From Nemertoderma westbladi (taxonomy: Eukaryota; Animalia; Xenacoelomorpha): DNA of 64,000 bases. The notes under the pieces were generated by a model. That model worked only from the letters and a program-made list of their open reading frames with translations, was not told the DNA's origin and ran no database searches. The position numbers and the translations under genes are program-made. The DNA lies in contig JAUCBJ010008846.1 in the NCBI GenBank assembly GCA_032718475.1, forward strand, positions 1-64,000. Reading direction: 5' to 3'. Positions within the stretch are counted from its first letter, which is position 1. Each line of letters opens with the position of its first letter. This document shows positions 50,901 through 62,900 of the stretch, in pieces.

Positions 50901-53900
50901 CTGTCCTTTCCCTGCTCACTCCCATCCTTCACTGTTCCGTCCTGATGCTGTCCTTGACCTGCTTACTCCCACCCTTCACTGTTCCTTCCTGGTGGGTCAT
51001 TGCCCTGCTCACTCCCATCCTTCACTGTTCCTTCCTAGTGATGTCCGTGCCCTGCTCACTCCCACCCTTCACTGTTCCTTCCTGGTACTGTACTTGCCCT
51101 GCTCACTCCCACCATTCACTGTTCCACCCTGGTGCTGTCCTTGCCCTGTTCACTCCAACCCTTCACTGTTCCTTCCTGATGCTGTCCTTTCCCTGCTCAC
51201 TCCCATCCTTCACTGTTCCGTCCTGATGCTAGCCTTGACCTGCTTACTCCCACCCTTCACTGTTCCTTCCTGGTGCTGTCCTTGCCCTGCTCACTCCCAT
51301 CCTTCACTGTTCCTTCCTGGTGCTGTCCTTGTCCTGCTCACTCCCACCCTTCACTGTTCCGTCCTAGTGATGTCCGTGCCCTGCTCACTCCCACCCTTCA
51401 CTGTTCCTTCCTGGTACTGTCCTTGCCCTGCTCACTCCCACCCTTCACTGTTCCTTCCTGGTGCTGTCCTTGCCCTACTCACTCCCATCCTTGACTGTTC
51501 CGTCTTGGTGCTGTCCTTGCCCTGCTCACTCCCACCCTTCACTGTTCCCTCCTGGTGCTGTCCTTGCCCTTTTCCCTCCTGGTGCTGTCCTTGCCATGCT
51601 CGCTCCCACCCTTCACTGTTCCTTCCTGGTGCTGTCCTTTCACTGTTCACTCCCGCCCTTCACTGTTCCCTCCTGGTGCTGTCCTTGCCCTTTTCCCTCC
51701 TGGTGCTGTCCTTGCCCTGCTCACTCCCACCATTCACTGTTCCACCCTGGTGCTGTCCTTGCCCTGCTCACTCCCACCCTTCACTGTTCCTTCCTGGTGC
51801 TGTCCTTGCCCTGCTCACTCCCACCCTTCACTGTTCCTTCCTGGTGCGGTCCTTGCCCTGCTCACTCCCATTCTTCACTGTTCCGTCCCGGTGCTGTCCT
51901 TGCCCTGCTCGCTCCCACCCTTCACTGTTCCTTCCTGGTGCTGTCCTTGCCCTGCTCACTCCCATCCTTCACTGTTCCTTCCTGGTGCTGTCCGTGCCCT
52001 GTTCACTCCCACCCATCACTGTTCCTTCCTGGTACTGTCCTTGCCCTGCTCACTCCCACCCTTCACTGTTCCTTCCTGGTGCTGTCCTTGCCCTACTCAC
52101 TCCCATTCTTGACTGTTCCGTCCTGGTGCTGTCCTTGCCCTGCTCACTCCCACCCTTCACTGTTCCCTCCTGGTGCTGTCCTTGCCCTTTTCCCTTCTGG
52201 TGCTGTCCTTGCCCTGCTCGCTCCCACCCTTCACTGTTCCTTCCTGGTGCTGTCCTTTCACTGCTCACTCCCACCCTTCACTGTTCCCTCCTGGTGCTGT
52301 CCTTGCCCTGCTTACTACCCTTCACTGTTCCTTCCTGGTGCTGTCCTTGCCCTGCTCACTCCCATCCTTGACTGTTCCGTACTGGTGCTGTCCTTGCCCT
52401 GCTCACTCCCACCCTTCACTGTTCCTTCCTGGTGCTGTCCTTGCCCTGATTACTCCCACCCTTCACTGTTCCCTCCTGGTGCTGTCGTTGCCATACTCAC
52501 TTCCATCCTTCACTGTTCCGTCCCGGTGCTGTCCTTGCCCTGCTCGCTCCCACCCTTCACTGTTACTTCCTAGTGCTGTCCTTGCCCTGCTCACTCCCAC
52601 CCTTCACTGTTCCTTCCTGGTGCTGTCCTTGCACTGCTCACTCCCACCCTTCACTGTTCCACCCTGGTGATGTCCTTGCCCTGCTCACTCCCATCCTTCA
52701 CTGTCCCGTCCCGGTTCTGTCCTTGCCCTGCTCGCTCCCACCCTTCACTGTACCTTCCTAGTGCGGTCCTTGCACTGCTCACTCCCATCCTTCACTGTCC
52801 CGTCCCGGTTCTGTCCTTGCCCTGCTCGCTCCCACCCTTCACTGTACCTTCCTAGTGCGGTCCTTGCACTGCTCACTCCCATCCTTCACTGTCCCGTCCC
52901 GGTTCTGTCCTTGCCCTGCTCACTCCCATCCTTCACTGTCCCGTCCCGGTTCTGTCCTTGCCCTGCTCGCTCCCACCCTTCACTGTACCTTCCTGGTGCT
53001 GTCCTTGCACTGCTCACTCCCACCCTTCACTGTTCCACCCTGGTGATGTCCTTGCCCTGCTCACTCCCATCCTTCACTGTCCCGTCCCGGTTCTGTCCTT
53101 GCCCTGCTCACTCCCACCCTTCACTGTTCCTTCCTGGTGCTGTCATTGCCCTGCTCACTCCCACCCTTCACTGTTCCTTCCTGGTGCTTTCCTTGCACTG
53201 ATCACTCCCACCCTTCACTGTTCCCTCCTGGTGCTGTCCTTGCCCTTTTCCCTCCTGGTGCTGTCCTTGCCCTGCTCACTCCCACCCTTCACTGTTCCAC
53301 CCTGGTGCTGTCCATGCCCTGCTCACTCCCATCCTTCACTGTTCCGTCCCGGTGCTGTCCTTGCCCTGCTCGCTCCCACCCTTCACTGTTCCTTCCTGGT
53401 GCTGTCCTTGCCCTGCTCACTCCCATCCTTCACTGTTCCTTCCTGGTGCTGTCCGTGCCCTGCTCACTCCCACCCTTCACTGTTCCTTCCTGGTACTGTC
53501 CTTGCCCTGCTTACTCCCACCCTTCACTGTTCCTTCCTGGTGCTGTCCTTGCCCTACTCACTCCCATCCTTGACTGTTCCGTCCTGGTCCTGTCCTTGCC
53601 CTGCTCACTCCCACCCTTCACTGTTCCCTCCTGGTGCTGTCCTTGCCCTTTTCCCTCCTGGTGCTGTCCTTGCCCTGCTCACTCCCACCATTCACTGTTC
53701 CACCCTGGTGCTGTTCTTGCCCTGCTCACTCCCATCCTTTACTGTTCCTTCCCTGTGCTGTCCTTGCCCTGCTCACTCCCAACCTTCACTGTTCCACCCT
53801 AGTGCTGTCCTTGCCCTGCTCACTCCCATCCTTCACTGTTCCCTCCTGGTGCTGTCCTTGCCCTCCTCACTCCCACCCTTCACTGTTCCTTCCTGATGCT

Positions 53901-56900
53901 GTCCTTTCCCTGCTCACTCCCATCCTTCACTGTTCCGTCCTGATGCTGTCCTTGACCTGCTTACTCCCACCCTTCACTGTTCCTTCCTGATGCGGTCATT
54001 GCCCTGCTCACTCCCATTCTTCACTGTTCCGTCCCGGTGCTGTCCTTGCCCTGCTCGCTCCCACCCTTCACTGTTCCTTCCTGGTGCTGTCCTTGCCCTG
54101 CTCACTCCCATCCTTCACTGTTCCTTCCTGGTGCTGTCCTTGTCCTGCTCACTCCCACCCTCACTGTTCCGTCCTAGTGATGTCCGTGCCCTGCTCACTC
54201 CCACCCTTCACTGTTCCTTCCTGGTACTGTCCTTGCCCTGCTCACTCCCACCCTTCACTGTTCCTTCCTGGTGCTGTCCTTGCCCTACTCACTACCATCC
54301 TGACTGTTCCGTCCTGGTGCTGTCCTTGCCCTGCTCACTCCCACCCTTCACTGTTCCCTCCTGGTGCTGTCCTTGCCCTTTTCCCTCCTGGTGCTGTCCT
54401 TGCCATGCTCGCTCCCACCCTTCACTGTTCCTTCCTGGTGCTGTCCTTTCACTGTTCACTCCCGCCCTTCACTGTTCCCTCCTGGTGCTGTCCTTGCCCT
54501 TTTCCCTCCTGGTGCTGTCCTTGCCCTGCTCACTCCCACCATTCACTGTTCCACCCTGGTGCTGTCCTTGCCCTGCTCACTCCCATCCTTCACTGTTCCT
54601 TCCTGGTGCTGTCCTTGCCCTGCTCACTTCCACCCTTTACTGTTCCTTCCTGGTGCTGTCCTTGCCCTGCTCACTCCCATCCTTCATTGTTCCTTCCTGG
54701 TGCTGTCCTTGCCCTGCTCACTCCCACCCTTCACTGTTCCGTCCTAGTGCTGTCCGTGCCCTGCTCACCCCCACCCTTCACTGTTCCTTCCTGGTTCTGT
54801 GCTTGCCCTGCTCACTCCCACCATTCACTGTTCCTTCCTGGTGCTGTCCTTGCCCTACTCACTCCCATCCTTGACTGTTCCGTCCTGGTGCTGTCATTTC
54901 CCTGCTCACTCCCATCCTTCACTGTTCCGTCCCCGTTCTGTCCTTGCCCTGCTTACTCCCACCCTTCACTGTTCCGTCCTGGTGCTGTCCTTGCCCTGCT
55001 CACTCCCACTCTTTACCTTTCCTTCCTGGTGCTGTCCTTGCCCTGCTCACTCCCATCATTGACTGTTCCGTCCTGGTGCTGTCCTTGCCCTCCTCACTCC
55101 CACCCTTCACTGTTCCTTCCTGATGCTGTCCTTTCCCTGCTCACTCCCATCCTTCACTGTTCCGTCCTGATGCTGTCCTTGACCTGCTTACTCCCACCCT
55201 TCACTGTTCCTTCCTGGTGCTGTCCTTGCCCTGTTCACTCCCATTCTTCAATGTTCCTTCCTGGTGCTGTCCTTGTCCTGCTTACTCCCACCTTTCACTG
55301 TTTCTTCCTGGTTCTGTCCTTGCCCTGCTCACTCCCACCCTTCACTGTTCCTTCCTGGTACTGTGCTTGCCCTGCTCACTCCCACCCTTCACTGTTCCGT
55401 CCTGATGCTGTCCTTGACCTGCTTACTCCCTACTACTACTAGGATCGGCATGCTGCATTGCAGCTGCATTTTTAAGAATGCTGCATTTTTAAGAATGCTG
55501 TGCTTACTCCCACCCTTCACTGTTCCTTCCTGGTGCGGTCATTGCCCTGCTCACTCCCATTCTTCACTGTTCCGTCCCGGTGCTGTCCTTGCCCTGCTCG
55601 CTCCCAACCTTCACTGTTCCTTCCTGGTGCTGTCCTTGCCCTGCTCACTCCCATCCTTCACTGTTCCTTCCTGGTGCTGTCCTTGTCCTGCTCACTCCCA
55701 CCCTCACTGTTCCGTCCTAGTGATGTCCGTGCCCTGCTCACTCCCACCCTTCACTGTTCCTTCCTGGTACTGTCCTTGCCCTGCTCACTCCCACCCTTCA
55801 CTGTTCCTTCCTGGTGCTGTCCTTGCCCTACTCACTCCCATCCTGACTGTTCCATCCTGGTGCTGTCCTTGCCCTGCTCACTCCCACCCTTCACTGTTCC
55901 CTCCTGGTGCTGTCCTTGCCCTTTTCCCTCCTGGTGCTGTCCTTGCCATGCTCGCTCCCACCCTTCACTGTTCCTTCCTGGTGCTGTCCTTTCACTGTTC
56001 ACTCCCGCCCTTCACTGTTCCCTCCTGGTGCTGTCCTTGCCCTTTTCCCTCCTGGTGCTGTCCTTGCCCTGCTCACTCCCACCATTCACTGTTCCACCCT
56101 GGTGCTGTCCTTGCCCTGCTCACTCCCATCCTTCACTGTTCCTTCCTGGTGCTGTCCTTGCCCTGCTCACTTCCACCCTTCACTGTTCCTTCCTGGTGCT
56201 GTCCTTGCCCTGCTCACTCCCATCCTTCACTGTTCCTTCCTGGTGCTGTCCTTGCCCTGCTCACTCCCACCCTTCACTGTTCCGTCCTAGTGCTGTCCGT
56301 GCCCTGCTCACCCCCACCCTTCACTGTTCCTTCCTGGTACTGTGCTTGCCCTGCTCACTCCCACCATTCACTGTTCCTTCCCGGTGCTGTCCTTGCCCTA
56401 CTCACTCCCATCCTTGACTGTTCTGTCCTGGTGCTGTCATTTCCCTGCTCACTCCCATCCTTCACTGTTCCGTCCCCGTTCTGTCCTTGCCCTGCTCACT
56501 CCCACCATTCACTGTTCCACCCTGGTGCTGTCCTTGCCCTGCTCACTCCCATCCTTCACTGTTCCTTCCTGGTGCTGTCCTTGCCCTGCTCACTCCCACC
56601 ATTCACTGTTCCACCCTGGTGCTGTCCTTGCCCTGCTCACTCCCATCCTTCACTGTTCCTTCCTGGTGCTGTCCTTGCCCTGCTCACTTCCACCCTTCAC
56701 TGTTCCTTCCTGGTGCTGTCCTTGCCCTGCTCACTCCCATCCTTCACTGTTCCTTCCTGGTGCTGTCCTTGCCCTGCTCACTCCCACCCTTCACTGTTCC
56801 GTCCTAGTGCTGTCCGTGCCCTGCTCACCCCCACCCTTCACTGTTCCTTCCTGGTACTGTGCTTGCCCTGCTCACTCCCACCATTCACTGTTCCTTCCTG

Positions 56901-59900
56901 GTGCTGTCCTTGCCCCACTCACTCCCATCCTTGACTGTTCTGTCCTGGTGCTGTCATTTCCCTGCTCACCCCCACCCTTCACTGTTCCTTCTTGGTGCTG
57001 TCCTTGCCCTGCTCACTCCCACCCTTCACTGTTCCTTCCCTGTGCTGTCCTTGCCCTGCTCACTCCCACTCTTTACCTTTCCTTCCTGGTGCTGTCCTTG
57101 CCCTGCTCACTCCCACCCTTCACTGTTCCTTCCTGGTGCTGTCCTTGCACTGCTCACTCCCACCCTTCACTGTTCCTTCCTGGTGCTGTCCTTGCCCTGC
57201 TCACTCCCACCATTCACTGTTCCTTCCTGGTGCTGTCCTTGCCCTTCTCACTCCCACCCTTCACTGTTCCTTCCTGGTGCTGTCCTTGCACTGCTCACTC
57301 CCACCCTTCACTGTTCCTTCCTGGTGCTGTCCTTGCCCTGCTCACTCCCACCCTTCACTGTTCCTTCCTGGTGCTGTCCTTGCACTGCTTACTCCCACCC
57401 TTCACTGTTCCCTCCTGGTGCTGTCCTTGCCATTTTCCCTCCTGGTGCTGTCCTTGCCCTGCTCACTCCCACCATTCACTGTTCCACCCTGGTGCTGTCC
57501 TTGCCCTGCTCGCTCCCACCCTTCACTGTTCCTTCCTGGTGCTGTCCTTGCCCTGCTCACTCCCACCATTCACTGTTCCTTCCTGGTGCTGTCCTTGCCC
57601 TGCTTACTCCCACCCTTCACTGTTCCTTCCTGGTGCGGTCCTTGCCCTGCTCACTCCCATTCTTCACTGTTCCGTCCCGGTGCTGTCCTTGCCCTGCTCG
57701 CTCCCACCCTTCACTGTTCCTTCCTAGTGCTGTCCTTGTCCTGCTCACTCCCACCCTTCACTGTTCCTTCCTGGTGCTGTCCTTGCACTACTCACTCCCA
57801 CCCTTCACTGTTCTACCCTGGTGATGTCCTTGCCCTGCTCGCTCCCATCCTTCACTGTTCCGTCCCGGTGCTGTCCTTGCCCTGCTCGCTCCCACCCTTC
57901 ACTGTTCCACCCTGGTGCTGTCCTTGCCCTGCTCACTCCCATCCTTCACTGTTCCTTCCCTGTGCTGTCCTTGCCCTGCTCACTCCCACCCTTCACTGTT
58001 CAACCCTGGTGCTGTCCTTGCCCTGCTCACTCCCACCCTTCACTGTTCCTTCACTGTGCTGTCCTTGCCCTGCTCACTCCCACCCTTCACTGTTCCACCC
58101 TGGTGCTGTCCTTGCCCTGCTCACTACCACCCGTCACTGTTCCTTCCTGGTGCTGTGCTTGCCCTGCTCACTCCCACCCTTCACTGTTCCCTCCTGGTGC
58201 TGTCCTTGCCCTTTCCCTCCTGGTGCTGTGCTTGCCCTGCTCACTCCCATCCTTCACTGTTCCTTCACTGTGCTGTCCTTGCCCTGCTCACTCCCACCAT
58301 TCACTGTTGCACCCTGGTGCTGTCCTTGCCCTGCTCACTCCCATCCTTCACTGTTCCTTCCCTGTGCTGTCCTTGCCCTGCTCACTCCCACCCTTCACTG
58401 TTCCACCCTGGTGCTGTCCTGGCCCTGCTCACCCCACCCTTCACTGTTCCTTCCTGGTGCTGTCCTTGCCCTGCTCACTCCCACCATTCACTGTTCCTTC
58501 CTGGTGCTGTCCTTGCACTGCTTACTCCCACCCTTCACTGTTCCCTCCTGGTGCTGTCCTTGCCATTTTCCCTCCTGGTGCTGTCCTTGCCCTGATCACT
58601 CCCACCATTCACTGTTCCACCCTGGTGCTGTCCTTGCCCTGCTAACTCCCATCCTTCACTGTTCCGTCCCGGTGCTGTCCTTGCCCTGCTCGCTCCCACC
58701 CTTCACTGTTCCTTCCTGGTGCTGTCCTTGCCCTGCTCACTCCCACCCTTCACTGTTCCTTCCTGGTGCGGTCCTTGCCCTGCTCACTCCCATTCTTCAC
58801 TGTTCCGTCCCGGTGCTGTCCTTGCCCTGCTCGCTCCCACCCTTCACTGTTCCTTCCTAGTGCTGTCCTTGTCCTGCTCGCTCCCACCCTTCACTGTTCC
58901 TTCCTGGTGCTGTCCTTGCACTACTCACTCCCACCCTTCACTGTTCTACCCTGTTGATGTCCTTGCCCTGCTCGCTCCCATCCTTCACTGTTCCGTCCCG
59001 GTGCTGTCCTTGCCCTGCTCGCTCCCACCCTTCACTGTTCCACCCTGGTGCTGTCCTTGCCCTGCTCACTCCCAACCTTCACTGTTCCTTCCCTGTGCTG
59101 TCCTTGCCCTGCTCACTCCCACCCTTCACTGTTCCACCCTGGTGCTGTCCTTGCCCTGCTCACTCCCACCCGTCACTGTTCCTTCCTGGTGCTGTCCTTG
59201 CCCTGCTCACTCCCACCCTTCACTGTTCCCTCCTGGTGCTGTCCTTCCCTTTTCCCTCCTGGTGCTGTCCTTGCCCTGCTCACTCCCATCCTTCACTGTT
59301 CCTTCACTGTGCTGTCCTTGCCCTGCTCACTCCCATCCTTCACTGTTCCTTCACTGTGCTGTCCTTGCCCTGCTCACTCCCACCCGTCACTGTTCCTTCC
59401 TGGTGCTGTCCTTGCCCTGCTCACTCCCACCCTTCACTGTTCCCTCCTGGTGCTGTCCTTCCCTTTTCCCTCCTGGTGCTGTCCTTGCCCTGCTCACTCC
59501 CATCCTTCACTGTTCCTTCACTGTGCTGTCCTTGCCCTGCTCACTCCCACCATTCACTGTTGCACCCTGGTGCTGTCCTTGCCCTGCTCACTCCCACCAT
59601 TCACTGTTGCACCCTGGTGCTGTCCTTGCCCTGCTCACTCCCATCCTTTACTGTTCCTTCCCTGTGCTGTCCTTGCCCTGCTCACTCCCACCCTTCACTG
59701 TTCCACCCTGTTGCTGTCCTGGCCCTGCTCACCCCACCCTTCACTGTTCCTTCCTGGTGCTGTCCTTGCCCTGCTCACTCCCACCATCCACTGTTCCTTC
59801 CTGGTGCTGTCCTTGCACTGCTTACTCCCACCCTTCACTGTTCCCTCCTGGTGCTGTCCTTGCCATTTTCCCTCCTGGTGCTGTCCTTGCCCTGATCACT

Positions 59901-62900
59901 CCCACCATTCACTGTTCCACCCTGGTGCTGTCCTTGCCCTGCTCACTCCCATCCTTCACTGTTCCTTCCCTGTGCTGTCCTTGCCCTGCTAACTCCCATC
60001 CTTCACTGTTCCGTCCCGGTGCTGTCCTTGCCCTGCTCGCTCCCACCCTTCACTGTTCCTTCCTGGTGCTGTCCTTGCCCTGCTCACTCCCATCCTTCAC
60101 TGTTCCTTCCCTGTGCTGTCCTTGCCCTGCTAACTCCCATCCTTCACTGTTCCGTCCCGGTGCTGTCCTTGCCCTGCTCACTCCAACCCTTCACTGTTCC
60201 TTCCTGGTGCTGTCCTTGCCCTGCTCGCTCCCACCCTTCACTGTTCCTTCCTGGTGCTGTCCTTGCCCTGCTCACTCCCACCCTTCACTGTTCCTTCCTG
60301 GTGCTGTCCTTGCCCTGCTTACTCCCACCCTTCACTATCCCCTCCTGGTGCTGTCCTTGCCCTGCTCGCTCCCACCCTTCACTGTTCCTTCCTGGTGCTA
60401 TCCTTGCCCTGCTCACTCCCATCCTTCACTGTTCCTTCCCTGTGCTGTCCTTGCCCTGCTAACTCCCATCCTTCACTGTTCCGTCCCGGTGCTGTCCTTG
60501 CCCTGCTTACTCCCACCCTTCACTATCCCCTCCTGGTGCTGTCCTTGCCCTGCTCGCTCCCACCCTTCACTATCCCCTCCTGGTGCTGTCCTTGCCCTGC
60601 TCACTCCCATCCTTCACTGTTCCTTCCCTGTGCTGTCCTTGCCCTGCTAACTCCCATCCTTCACTGTTCCGTCCCGGTGCTGTCCTTGCCCTGCTCGCTC
60701 CCACCCTTCACTGTTACTTCCTGGTGCTGTCCTTGCCCTGCTCACTCCCACCCTTCACTGTTCCTTCCTGGTGCTGTCCTTGCCCTGCTTACTCCCACCC
60801 TTCACTGTTCCTTCCTGGTGCGGTCCTTGCCCTGCTCACTCCCATCCTTCACTGTTCCTTCCCTGTGCTGTCCTTGCCCTGCTCACTCCCACCCTTCACT
60901 GTTCCACCCTGGTGCTGTCCTGGCCCTGCTCACCCCACCCTTCACTGTTCCTTCCTGGTGCTGTCCTTGCCCTGCTCACTCCCACCATTCACTGTTCCTT
61001 CCTGGTGCTGTCCTTGCACTGCTTACTCCCACCCTTCACTGTTCCCTCCTGGTGCTGTCCTTGCCATTTTCCCTCCTGGTGCTGTCCTTGCCCTGATCAC
61101 TCCCACCATTCACTGTTCCACCCTGGTGCTGTCCTTGCCCTGCTAACTCCCATCCTTCACTGTTCCGTCCCGGTGCTGTCCTTGCCCTGCTCGCTCCCAC
61201 CCTTCACTGTTCCTTCCTGGTGCTGTCCTTGCCCTGCTCACTCCCACCCTTCACTGTTCCTTCCTGGTGCGGTCCTTGCCCTGCTCACTCCCATTCTTCA
61301 CTGTTCCGTCCCGGTGCTGTCCTTGCCCTGCTCGCTCCCACCCTTCACTGTTCCTTCCTAGTGCTGTCCTTGTCCTGCTCGCTCCCACCCTTCACTGTTC
61401 CTTCCTGGTGCTGTCCTTGCACTACTCACTCCCACCCTTCACTGTTCTACCCTGTTGATGTCCTTGCCCTGCTCGCTCCCATCCTTCACTGTTCCGTCCC
61501 GGTGCTGTCCTTGCCCTGCTCGCTCCCACCCTTCACTGTTCCACCCTGGTGCTGTCCTTGCCCTGCTCACTCCCAACCTTCACTGTTCCTTCCCTGTGCT
61601 GTCCTTGCCCTGCTCACTCCCACCCTTCACTGTTCCACCCTGGTGCTGTCCTTGCCCTGCTCACTCCCACCCGTCACTGTTCCTTCCTGGTGCTGTCCTT
61701 GCCCTGCTCACTCCCACCCTTCACTGTTCCCTCCTGGTGCTGTCCTTCCCTTTTCCCTCCTGGTGCTGTCCTTGCCCTGCTCACTCCCATCCTTCACTGT
61801 TCCTTCACTGTGCTGTCCTTGCCCTGCTCACTCCCATCCTTCACTGTTCCTTCACTGTGCTGTCCTTGCCCTGCTCACTCCCACCCGTCACTGTTCCTTC
61901 CTGGTGCTGTCCTTGCCCTGCTCACTCCCACCCTTCACTGTTCCCTCCTGGTGCTGTCCTTCCCTTTTCCCTCCTGGTGCTGTCCTTGCCCTGCTCACTC
62001 CCATCCTTCACTGTTCCTTCACTGTGCTGTCCTTGCCCTGCTCACTCCCACCATTCACTGTTGCACCCTGGTGCTGTCCTTGCCCTGCTCACTCCCACCA
62101 TTCACTGTTGCACCCTGGTGCTGTCCTTGCCCTGCTCACTCCCATCCTTTACTGTTCCTTCCCTGTGCTGTCCTTGCCCTGCTCACTCCCACCCTTCACT
62201 GTTCCACCCTGTTGCTGTCCTGGCCCTGCTCACCCCACCCTTCACTGTTCCTTCCTGGTGCTGTCCTTGCCCTGCTCACTCCCACCATCCACTGTTCCTT
62301 CCTGGTGCTGTCCTTGCACTGCTTACTCCCACCCTTCACTGTTCCCTCCTGGTGCTGTCCTTGCCATTTTCCCTCCTGGTGCTGTCCTTGCCCTGATCAC
62401 TCCCACCATTCACTGTTCCACCCTGGTGCTGTCCTTGCCCTGCTCACTCCCATCCTTCACTGTTCCTTCCCTGTGCTGTCCTTGCCCTGCTAACTCCCAT
62501 CCTTCACTGTTCCGTCCCGGTGCTGTCCTTGCCCTGCTCGCTCCCACCCTTCACTGTTCCTTCCTGGTGCTGTCCTTGCCCTGCTCACTCCCATCCTTCA
62601 CTGTTCCTTCCCTGTGCTGTCCTTGCCCTGCTAACTCCCATCCTTCACTGTTCCGTCCCGGTGCTGTCCTTGCCCTGCTCACTCCAACCCTTCACTGTTC
62701 CTTCCTGGTGCTGTCCTTGCCCTGCTCGCTCCCACCCTTCACTGTTCCTTCCTGGTGCTGTCCTTGCCCTGCTCACTCCCACCCTTCACTGTTCCTTCCT
62801 GGTGCTGTCCTTGCCCTGCTTACTCCCACCCTTCACTATCCCCTCCTGGTGCTGTCCTTGCCCTGCTCGCTCCCACCCTTCACTGTTCCTTCCTGGTGCT

